Shown here: positions 27,182 through 35,228 of the stretch, piece by piece
How the letters are laid out: the number at the start of each line of letters is the position of its first letter
Position numbering within the stretch: the first letter of the stretch is position 1
Assembly: GCA_002376885.1 (NCBI GenBank)
Contig: DFOW01000001.1
Location: forward strand, 15,381 to 79,380
Source of the DNA: Patescibacteria group bacterium UBA3531
Lineage (GTDB): Bacteria > Patescibacteriota > Minisyncoccia > Phycocordibacterales > UBA3531
DNA length: 64,000 nucleotides
Direction: 5' to 3'
Position numbers and translations under genes: made by a program
Notes under the pieces: generated by a model
Database searches by the model: none
What the model was told of the DNA's origin: nothing
What the model saw: the letters and a program-made list of their open reading frames with translations, nothing else

Positions 27182-28338
27182 TACCTTTGGTTAATTATTT
27201 TTTGAATATTTTTTAAGTGCTCTTCCGAAATTATTTCTTTGAAGTTTTGTGGTTTTGACAACTCAAAACCAAGACCTTCACTCATTTCAATAATTGAATC
27301 AATCAAGGGTAAATCTGCCCTATTTACTACGTAATTTCCTTTCCATTCATTTGCAGCAAGAACCATAATTTCACACATGCAACAAAAATTATCGTACTTG
27401 TCTTTTAGGCCAAAATTAAAATGGTTATCTACTCCTGGTGTGTGTACAGCACCTGCCTCGAGAACAAGTACGTCGTAATTATCCAACACTTCTGGTGCAA
27501 CATCAGACGGCTGAGCATCGTCTACAATAATGGCTCCTTTTTTGAGGTGGTTACTATTAACAACAGCATCGGGCGCATTAGTTGCAGTAACTATAATGTC
27601 TGCATCTTTTATCGAATTCATGTCGGAATCTTTGGTGACTTTAACACCGGGTCCAACCTTCTTTAGAGTTTCAATGACGGGAGTTAATCGATCAGTTTTT
27701 CTAGCCACCTCTACAAGATGTATATTTTTGTAACCCTCTCTTGCAAGAAGTTGTCCAGTTGTTGAACCAACAGAACCGCTTGCACCCACAATTGCCACCT
27801 TCATATTTTCTTTCGAGAAACCAAAGGTTTCTGTCATCTTGAAAACATTAGAAGCAACTGTGAAAGCCGTATAAGCATGTCCAGTAGTCACGTTTATATC
27901 CACCTGATCAACAATATCTAAACCACCCTTACTTAGCGAAGACATTAAACCCCCAAGTCCTACAATCTCAACTCCCATTTTTTTTGCTAGAGTTGCAGAG
28001 TCAATAATTTTCTTAAGTGCTAATTCCCTGTCTTCCATCATTTGTTGAGCAGTAATAATGACACCAATAACAAGTCCCTGCACTTCTTCACCGGTTTTTT
28101 TAGATCTAAGACCCGTAACTTTTGATATAACCACTGGCCACATTCGTTTAGCAATACCTGCTACAAATGCTTTGGGAAAAATTCTTAAAAAAGGATATTT
28201 TCTATAGATATCAGAAATTTCTCTTGCGTGAACAAGAAAAGCATATCCATACTTTTTTCTAGAAAAAGACACCGGAGAAATCCTTATAAAAAGGTCTCTA
28301 AACATCGTAAAAAAAGACCAAAAATGTTTTGCTTTCAT
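27181..28338 (-). CDS. NAD(P)-binding Rossmann-fold oxidoreductase (shikimate/amino-acid dehydrogenase-like, COG5322-like)
   Basis: VAIVGASGSVGSTTGQLLA dinucleotide-binding motif and ADIIVTATNAPDAVV. Family assignment is tentative. Confidence 0.4.
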   Translation of the reverse strand: MKAKHFWSFFTMFRDLFIRISPVSFSRKKYGYAFLVHAREISDIYRKYPFLRIFPKAFVAGIAKRMWPVVISKVTGLRSKKTGEEVQGLVIGVIITAQQMMEDRELALKKIIDSATLAKKMGVEIVGLGGLMSSLSKGGLDIVDQVDINVTTGHAYTAFTVASNVFKMTETFGFSKENMKVAIVGASGSVGSTTGQLLAREGYKNIHLVEVARKTDRLTPVIETLKKVGPGVKVTKDSDMNSIKDADIIVTATNAPDAVVNSNHLKKGAIIVDDAQPSDVAPEVLDNYDVLVLEAGAVHTPGVDNHFNFGLKDKYDNFCCMCEIMVLAANEWKGNYVVNRADLPLIDSIIEMSEGLGFELSKPQNFKEIISEEHLKNIQKIINQR

Positions 28339-28378
28339 GCAATTATTATAGCCAATACGGCCCTAGATATAAACGTAT

Positions 28379-29071
28379 TTATCCTAACTCTGGTTTTGCG
28401 GTGACGTATCTTCGGATACTTGGCATTACTATAGACACCAAAACAAAAACATACCCAACAACACCAATACTTGATCCTAAGAAACTAGTTTCTATGTTCT
28501 GGGATAAAGTATAAGAAATATCACTTATTCCCAACATTACGCCTCCGATACACAATAAGTATGAACGTGTCTTGAAAACTAGACTTACTCTCTCAGGAAG
28601 ATTTTTCATGTATTGCCAATACCACATAACAGAAACGAACATTGCCGGGAAACCTGAAAGAAAACCAACCCAGAGAGGTAAATTAAGTGCAATCACTCCA
28701 AACTCTGAAATAGTTGGCTCAACAGGAAAGAGTAACCTAAACCCAGTTACAACTAAAGCAATCACAATCAGGAGGTACGTAATAGCATTAGAATTTAAGA
28801 AAGTTAATTTAAAAATTGGTGTTTTAAATAAGAATATAACTGCCACAAAAATAAACATTCTTGTCATACTCATCAGTTTCCCCACAATCAGAGGTTCTAA
28901 GTTTAAAACAAGAAAAACAGGGAGCGAACCAAGATATATTCCTATACTTATAAAAGCAATTGAAAAATATAGTAGCGCCTTATCTTGTGTCTTTCTGTAA
29001 GAAATATTAGACCTCCAGCCAACACCAAGAGCCAAGAAAGACATCAGAGAATATAAAAATATAGCAGTCAT
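28379..29071 (-). CDS. stand-alone 7TM sensor-domain paralog
   Basis: 230-aa polytopic protein. Architecture as 20704..21420 and 21422..22120. Confidence 0.45.
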   Translation of the reverse strand: MTAIFLYSLMSFLALGVGWRSNISYRKTQDKALLYFSIAFISIGIYLGSLPVFLVLNLEPLIVGKLMSMTRMFIFVAVIFLFKTPIFKLTFLNSNAITYLLIVIALVVTGFRLLFPVEPTISEFGVIALNLPLWVGFLSGFPAMFVSVMWYWQYMKNLPERVSLVFKTRSYLLCIGGVMLGISDISYTLSQNIETSFLGSSIGVVGYVFVLVSIVMPSIRRYVTAKPELG

Positions 29072-29787
29072 TAAACTTTAGTATAACTTTGATTATTTCT
29101 AATTAAAAAGCGGCGGACGCTTGGCATCAAAATAGCAGTAACTATAAGAAGATCACCAACAAAAACGTTTGCCACACCAATCATACTATCAAAAGACCCT
29201 GTAGATGTTATGTAAAGAGAATAGCCAAACAACATAACAAGCATACCCACTGAGAACAAATATATCTTTGCACTAAAAAAAGAAAGATACCGTGGGAGGG
29301 CACTCATTAAATAGCAAACAAAAAAACCAACTAAAAAATACAATGGTAGAAGGATAGAAACATACAAAAGCGGATTAGAGATATTCTCAACAATAAAGCC
29401 GTTTTCTGTAACATAGATAGGGCTCTCTGAAACATATTGGTAATAAGCTCCTAACAAAGACAGGAGCACAATTACAATCACAACAAAACCGTTGTATTTT
29501 TGAAAAAACTTCCTCTTTTGAAATAAGGGCGCCTGAAGCAAAAAAAGGACTCCCCCATGCAACAAAACTTTTGCCAAAATAGCTGATGGTTTTAATATGC
29601 CCATATTTAAAACTTCACTCATCAAAACACCTGAGACAAGCGTCCATGAATGGAGCGAGAAGAACAAAAAAGCCAAGGCAAAAAACTTTAAGGATATGTC
29701 TTCTGTTCTTTCGAAAGATTTAAAGGAATTCCACGCAACAATGGCAGAAAATAGCCCTATAGTAGCTTGCAAATATATACCTATCAT
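29071..29787 (-). CDS. stand-alone 7TM sensor-domain paralog
   Basis: 238-aa polytopic protein, tandem with 28379..29071 (overlapping stop/start). Confidence 0.45.
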   Translation of the reverse strand: MIGIYLQATIGLFSAIVAWNSFKSFERTEDISLKFFALAFLFFSLHSWTLVSGVLMSEVLNMGILKPSAILAKVLLHGGVLFLLQAPLFQKRKFFQKYNGFVVIVIVLLSLLGAYYQYVSESPIYVTENGFIVENISNPLLYVSILLPLYFLVGFFVCYLMSALPRYLSFFSAKIYLFSVGMLVMLFGYSLYITSTGSFDSMIGVANVFVGDLLIVTAILMPSVRRFLIRNNQSYTKV

Positions 29788-29829
29788 AAACCCATACTAT
29801 ACAAACTAGAGTGTGTGGCAAGGTTTTTA

Positions 29830-30471
29830 CTAAGGTTTTCGAGCAATCATGTGGGCCAGCACATTCTTCATAGGGGTTCCGTCTGCCCGTGTTTCGTGCG
29901 CAGTTCCTTCTTGTTCTTTGTACACAAGAACATCCCAATCTGCATAGAGATCCTTTAGTTCGTTTTCTTCTAGATAGAAAAAAAGTTTACTAATAGGAAG
30001 TTTATAAAAATCACCTTTTTTTGTAAAAACACTTATTACATTAAAACCTCCTTTTTTTGTTGCCTCTTTAATTTTTGACACAACTTGGAATCCCTCTTTC
30101 ACCTTCAGGTGGTGAAAGACAAATGTAGACAAGACAACATCATATTCCTTAGAAAACTTTACGCTTCTAACATCTTCTGTATTGGTTTTGATATCTAAGT
30201 TTAATTCTTTTGCTTTATTTTCAACCGCACCAATCCCCGCATCAGAAGTATCGTTTATCTCAACATCAAAACCTTTGGAAGCCAAAAATAAACTATTCCT
30301 CCCATTTCCTGCGCCAATTTCATAAACAGAACCATTACTAATATAATCAAGAAGCATTGTTGTAAGTTTTGATGGCCCCACACCAAATGGGTCAGTTTCC
30401 TTCTTGTATAAATCATTGTAGTGATTTTTAGTTGTCATTGTTCTATCTTTTTTAATGGGTACGAACCCCAC
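29830..30471 (-). CDS. class I SAM-dependent methyltransferase (TehB-like)
   Basis: Motif I VYEIGAGNGRNSLFLASKGFDVEINDTS. 213 aa. Confidence 0.7.
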   Translation of the reverse strand: MGFVPIKKDRTMTTKNHYNDLYKKETDPFGVGPSKLTTMLLDYISNGSVYEIGAGNGRNSLFLASKGFDVEINDTSDAGIGAVENKAKELNLDIKTNTEDVRSVKFSKEYDVVLSTFVFHHLKVKEGFQVVSKIKEATKKGGFNVISVFTKKGDFYKLPISKLFFYLEENELKDLYADWDVLVYKEQEGTAHETRADGTPMKNVLAHMIARKP

Positions 30472-31790
30472 AGAAGGCCTGTGACGTTGTTCTTTTTATC
30501 TAGTCTAAAAGTCACGTTTTCTCCAACTTGACTAAAGACAGATGTTCCATTAACTCCAAAGACTTTTTTACTTTGAGGAATAAGAATCTCCACACCTTCA
30601 GAAGGTTGGTTTGTTCCTGGACTTGTGGAAAAGATAAAATTTTTGAGAGACACAAGTATTGTCTCACCATCAATTGATTGATAGGTGCCGGCATATTTAT
30701 CTAGTTTTACCTTTGAAGGTTTTTCATCTTTTTTATCAATAAAATAGTAAATAAGCTTTAATATTCCTGAATTAATCATCCCAAGTGGTATAGCAGAAGT
30801 GTTAGAAAGAGTAATAACACCGATATCGTTTTCAAGATCTAATGAAAAAAACGAAGCAAATCCAGGAAAACCACCGCTGTGTGCAGCTACTTTTCTGTTT
30901 TTTATCTTATAGATCTCGACACCCAAACCGTACCAATCATCTTCAACTGTCCTCCAGTGTTCCCTTAACATTTCTTTTTTAGTTTCTCGAGAAAGAATAG
31001 TATCTTTAGCCTCTTCTCTTAAGGAGAGGGCTCCAACAACTCTTGCCAAATCTTCGACATTAGAAATAAAACCAGCTGCGGGTATATAACTATTTGCTTT
31101 GCATTGTTTAAAAATTTGTCTATTGTTTTCCTCACCAGGAATAACTCTTCCATACCCTAGGGTTTCTAAGGAGTCCCCTAAGTCCACTTGTGTCGAAACC
31201 AATCCCAAAGGTTTAATTATAAACTTCCTAATATAGTCTTCGTATGAAAGACCGGAAGCTGATTTGATAACCTCCCCAAGAAGAGAAAAGGCATAATTTG
31301 AATATTTAAAATGTTTTTGGTTTTCTATCACCAAAGAATTCTTTTTTAACTCTTTTTTAAACTCATTTAGATTAGGAAATTTTCCGTTAGACCAGTGTGC
31401 TGTGGTTCCATCTCTAAAAATTCCCCCTGAGTGGGTAAGTATTTGTCGAATAGTAATATTCTCAGCTCCTTTTACCTTACCTTTTGCCGCCTTAAACCAA
31501 GGGATGTGTTTGATGAGTGGATCGTCGAGATTTAATTTCTTCTTTTCATACAATTGCAAGATTGCAATAGAAGTAAGCGTTTTTGAAATAGAAGCAATCC
31601 GATAGGGAGTTTTAGAGGTTGTTTTCTTTTTATTTTTTATATCAGAAAAGCCAAAGCCAGCCTTATAAACGAGCCTTCCTTTGTAAGTAATACCAACTGA
31701 AATACCAGGAATACGCCCATAGAATATTTTCCTGGGCATCCAAGCATTAATAACTTTTTTTGTATTTTGTATTGCTTCTTGGGTTTTCAT
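30435..31790 (-). CDS. serine hydrolase, beta-lactamase/PBP4*-family (class C-like)
   Basis: SxxK motif ASISKTLTSIAIL. YxN-like and HSGG motifs. 451 aa. Confidence 0.7.
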   Translation of the reverse strand: MKTQEAIQNTKKVINAWMPRKIFYGRIPGISVGITYKGRLVYKAGFGFSDIKNKKKTTSKTPYRIASISKTLTSIAILQLYEKKKLNLDDPLIKHIPWFKAAKGKVKGAENITIRQILTHSGGIFRDGTTAHWSNGKFPNLNEFKKELKKNSLVIENQKHFKYSNYAFSLLGEVIKSASGLSYEDYIRKFIIKPLGLVSTQVDLGDSLETLGYGRVIPGEENNRQIFKQCKANSYIPAAGFISNVEDLARVVGALSLREEAKDTILSRETKKEMLREHWRTVEDDWYGLGVEIYKIKNRKVAAHSGGFPGFASFFSLDLENDIGVITLSNTSAIPLGMINSGILKLIYYFIDKKDEKPSKVKLDKYAGTYQSIDGETILVSLKNFIFSTSPGTNQPSEGVEILIPQSKKVFGVNGTSVFSQVGENVTFRLDKKNNVTGLLWGSYPLKKIEQ

Positions 31791-31799
31791 GACACTAAA

Positions 31800-32282
31800 T
31801 TAAATTTTTTTGCAAAATATAAAATATTCATCTGGGTCCCAAAAGTTATCTTTATGTTTATGGTCTCCAGCTAGCCATAGTTTACCATCGACAGCATGGA
31901 CAACACGAAACTCACTTTTATACCCTTTAGTGTCTTCTTGTTGTCTCATTCCAATCTGTAATGATTCTAATAAGGGTTGGTTTTTATATTGTAATCTCAA
32001 TTGAGGCCCGACTTCTAGAGGACACAAACTCAGCCCGAAATCAAATATCTTATTATAAATAACTTCTGTTGTAACACCAGTAGGGTACCCTAACTCTTTT
32101 GGAGTGATACGGAACAAGTCAAGACTAGTTTTATTGTTGGATAGTATGAACTCCTTACTATAGAGAACATCCTTTGCCCATGATCCAATAATCATCTTAC
32201 TTTTTTGAATAGCTGTCTCTAGGTCGTTGATATTTTTATGCGTGCCAAGTTCTATAGTTTTCCAAATTTTGAAATCTTTCAT
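31800..32282 (-). CDS. hypothetical protein
   Basis: 160-aa ORF with backbone-like composition. No motif recognised. Confidence 0.35.
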   Translation of the reverse strand: MKDFKIWKTIELGTHKNINDLETAIQKSKMIIGSWAKDVLYSKEFILSNNKTSLDLFRITPKELGYPTGVTTEVIYNKIFDFGLSLCPLEVGPQLRLQYKNQPLLESLQIGMRQQEDTKGYKSEFRVVHAVDGKLWLAGDHKHKDNFWDPDEYFIFCKKI

Positions 32283-32351
32283 GATTGAGTATTAAAGATA
32301 TGGATAAGTCTCAGTAATACAATATGATTATATTCTAGTTTTTACATCTAT

Positions 32352-32388
32352 AAATAAAAGGTGCTATTTTCGAGCACCTTTTATTGCT
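32352..32388. terminator. hairpin terminator flanked by A- and T-runs
   Basis: AAAAGGTGCT-ATTTTCG-AGCACCTTTTATT immediately downstream (minus sense) of the GC-rich ORF 32413..32826. Confidence 0.55.
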
Positions 32389-32412
32389 GTGGGTTGCAGG
32401 TACATCCTCCTC

Positions 32413-32826
32413 TTATCGGTGCTGGTAGTAGTCGCACATGGCGCAGTTGCCGACGGCTTGCGTCTCTCCATCCCAGCGCCACATCACAGGGATGGCGGAC
32501 TCCAACCTGTCGCTTCCTTCCTGCACGAAGGAAACCTTGAGCCCAGACTCGAACGAGACTGTGCCCTTCGGAAGAGGCATGAAGTTGCCATCTTCTCCGT
32601 GCAGGTGAGGCAGCGCAACCGCAAGACCATGTTCGGAAAGGCTCTTCATCAGCTCCTGAACTTCAGGAGTCTGAACAGCTTCCAGTCCCCTCTTGATTTC
32701 CGGATGAATATCGTGCAAATTGCTCACAGCTTTTCCTTTATTTTGAACGCCTGGAAACGACCCCAGGTCTACACCCAAATTACTAAAGTCCCCTACTGTT
32801 GTCAAATCTTGACAACAGTAGGCCAT
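32413..32826 (-). CDS. hypothetical protein encoded by a 450-bp GC-rich islet
   Basis: 137-aa ORF with a sharp GC shift against the flanks. Balanced composition, ending CAMCDYYQHR. Strand choice is uncertain: a + ORF (32389..32841) overlaps it. Confidence 0.3.
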   Translation of the reverse strand: MAYCCQDLTTVGDFSNLGVDLGSFPGVQNKGKAVSNLHDIHPEIKRGLEAVQTPEVQELMKSLSEHGLAVALPHLHGEDGNFMPLPKGTVSFESGLKVSFVQEGSDRLESAIPVMWRWDGETQAVGNCAMCDYYQHR

Positions 32827-32894
32827 AGGTATAAAATATAGTCAAATTGTGTTGTTAGTATACATCAACTGGTGTATAATAAAAGCCCAAGACA

Positions 32895-33677
32895 ATGAAG
32901 AATTTACGAGAAAACCTTATACAATTTGGACTCTCAGACAAGGAGGCGGACGTCTACCTTGCCCTGCTTTCTGCTGGTCCATCACTTGGTAGTGTAATCG
33001 CCCAAAAGGCAAAGATTAATAGGAGCACCACCTATCTTCATCTAGACACCCTTATCAAAAAAGGTCTTGTAAGCGTGAGCGAAGAGAACAAAATTAAAAC
33101 TTTTACCCCTGCCCCACCGGACAGAATCATCCACCTTCTTGAGGAATCTCTTTCTAAATATACCGAGCTTTTGCACGTTGCAGATGCAATGCTCCCTGAT
33201 CTTAAAAAAATGTACGCCACTGAAAAGAAGAAGGAGGATGCAAAACCAAAAGTACAACTTTTTGAAGGGACCCAAGGCCTAAAAAGTGCTTACGAGGACA
33301 TGCTAGAGACCAATGATGATGTGCGTACTTATGCCTCAATGGAAGACATACACACCCTTTTGCCAGAATACTTCCCTAAATACTACAAACGTAGAGCTGA
33401 AAAAGGTACTCAAATACGAGTAATCTTCCCTGACATTAAAAAAGTAACAGAGCGCGTAAAAGCTATCCCCTCAAAAATTAGAGACGCACGGGTGCTTTCA
33501 AAAGAAGCTCACGACTTTTCTCCTGAGATTAATATCTATGGAAGCAAAATTGCATTTATTTCTCCTAAAGAACAGTTTGGACTCATTATTGATAGTTCTG
33601 AACTCTCAAACGCACTCAAAACAATCTTTGAGATCTCTTGGCTTGCTGCCAAAAAACTAAGTCTCCAAACCGCTTAA
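32895..33677 (+). CDS. TrmB-family transcriptional regulator
   Basis: N-terminal wHTH LGLSDKEADVYLALLSAGPSLGSVIAQKAKINRSTTYLHLDTLIKKGLV. 260 aa. Upstream TTGTTA-N17-TATAAT promoter with a TATACA..TGTATA inverted repeat. Confidence 0.7.
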   Translation: MKNLRENLIQFGLSDKEADVYLALLSAGPSLGSVIAQKAKINRSTTYLHLDTLIKKGLVSVSEENKIKTFTPAPPDRIIHLLEESLSKYTELLHVADAMLPDLKKMYATEKKKEDAKPKVQLFEGTQGLKSAYEDMLETNDDVRTYASMEDIHTLLPEYFPKYYKRRAEKGTQIRVIFPDIKKVTERVKAIPSKIRDARVLSKEAHDFSPEINIYGSKIAFISPKEQFGLIIDSSELSNALKTIFEISWLAAKKLSLQTA

Positions 33678-33682
33678 AATTT

Positions 33683-34363
33683 TTAGTCTTTGTTATATAA
33701 TTCTTCTGCTCTCCGATGGAGCCACTTGGAAGATTCTATCTCGTTTAAAGGAGTGTGTTCAGAAAAATAGGTGTGTTCTTTGTCCCACCGAATGGTTCTT
33801 TTAGACCATGGTAACCACCATGGGCCTTTAATTTTAATTGTCGTTAACAGTATTGGTGCTTTTGATTTGTAATGTATATGTTGTGGGCCTCGTTTAAATT
33901 CTCCAATTCCATCTTTTTTATGGACTCTCCCTTCGGCAAAAATCATTACTGCCTCACCCTTTTGTAGTCTGTCGACAGTTGATGCCGTTTTGTCTTCAAT
34001 AGTAAGAACCCCGTCTTTATCGCGAGGAGGAAGGATTAATACACCATTTGGCCAATAAATAAATGGATAGGTGATCACCCAATAAATTATTTTTAAAAAC
34101 CAGTGCCGAGGGCTTTGTGTCGCTAAAAAACGAATGGGTAGTATGCTCCAGTAATATTTAAAAGGAAGACTTTGAACAAACAACCAAGGGTCAATAACTG
34201 TCTTATGGTTCCCTACAATCAAAAGGGGTCGTGTTTTAATATCTTCGTATCGGGGCAAAACAACCTTTGTGTACAAAATAGTTTTTAAAACAGGATGAGC
34301 AACGAGCCATTCAAAAACCTGCCAGGAAATGACAATAAAACGTTTAATTTTTGATTCTTTCAT
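33683..34363 (-). CDS. 1-acyl-sn-glycerol-3-phosphate acyltransferase family (PlsC-like), AT-rich copy
   Basis: HX4D motif VGNHKTVIDP and FAEGRV (FPEGTR-like) motif. Confidence 0.7.
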   Translation of the reverse strand: MKESKIKRFIVISWQVFEWLVAHPVLKTILYTKVVLPRYEDIKTRPLLIVGNHKTVIDPWLFVQSLPFKYYWSILPIRFLATQSPRHWFLKIIYWVITYPFIYWPNGVLILPPRDKDGVLTIEDKTASTVDRLQKGEAVMIFAEGRVHKKDGIGEFKRGPQHIHYKSKAPILLTTIKIKGPWWLPWSKRTIRWDKEHTYFSEHTPLNEIESSKWLHRRAEELYNKD

Positions 34364-34431
34364 CTAGGGTAAGTATATAAAAGATGGATAAATGAAACGG
34401 ACGGAGGTTTGTGTAGCTGTGGAAACTACAC

Positions 34432-35091
34432 CTAACTCCGTCCGTGTGCCTCTGCCTCCCGATAGAGCGCAGAGAGCCGCGCATGAATGAACTCGACGCC
34501 CTCTTCTCCCGACATGCCCGAAGGCACGACAAGAGGAGCGATGTCCCAGTTCATCACGACTCGCCACCTGAAGGCGCTCACCTTCTGGCGATAGAGCGCA
34601 ACGAGCCAGATGGACGCACCGCTCTGCCGATGAACCGCCACGATCCCCTTCCGAAGCGGGCCAACCCCAGGACCCTTCCAGATCTTCCCTTCGGGATAGA
34701 TGAGGACGGACGTCTTCTGCTCGACGAGAGCTTCGACCGCGCCAGGGATTGCATGCTGCTTGGGGATGATCATGTTCCTCCGGTAGAACCACCGGTAGAA
34801 CTGACGGAACGGCGGCCACCAGAAGAGCTCCTTCCACGTGAACCTCTCCTTGGCGACGAACCGAATCGGCGCGATGGACTTGAAGCTTGCAAGGACAAGC
34901 GTCAGGACCGCGAAGGGGTGGTCGAGAGTCGACCGGTGGGTGGACCCGATGATCCGAGGCTCGCTCCCAAGAGCCGGGCCCGGATCGTTCAAGACCGTCA
35001 CCTTGTGGAAGGGAGCCAGAAGCCGGGGAAGCCACCAGTGTTCCTTCACCTGGAACCTGGCCGTCTCGCTAAGCTGTGTCTTGATCGACAT
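34432..35091 (-). CDS. PlsC-like acyltransferase, GC-rich paralog
   Basis: HX4D THRSTLDHP, PEG motif IYPEGKIWKG. SD AAGGAGG. Extended -10 (TGGTATAGT) upstream. GC-rich codon usage. Confidence 0.65.
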   Translation of the reverse strand: MSIKTQLSETARFQVKEHWWLPRLLAPFHKVTVLNDPGPALGSEPRIIGSTHRSTLDHPFAVLTLVLASFKSIAPIRFVAKERFTWKELFWWPPFRQFYRWFYRRNMIIPKQHAIPGAVEALVEQKTSVLIYPEGKIWKGPGVGPLRKGIVAVHRQSGASIWLVALYRQKVSAFRWRVVMNWDIAPLVVPSGMSGEEGVEFIHARLSALYREAEAHGRS

Positions 35092-35157
35092 GCCAGATTC
35101 CTCCTTAGGGTTTGGATGAACTTACTGACAAGCACTATACCACATATTTATAAAAAA

Positions 35158-35212
35158 GGAAAGGCCCTGCGGGTAATCACATTGATGTACACCCACAGGG
35201 CCCTTTTTGGCA
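35158..35212. terminator. bidirectional hairpin terminator between MMPL stop and PlsC2 promoter
   Basis: GGCCCTG-26 nt loop-CAGGGCC, flanked by AAAAAAGG and CTTTTTGG. Confidence 0.5.
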
Positions 35213-35228
35213 GTTGCCTGCCCTTCTC

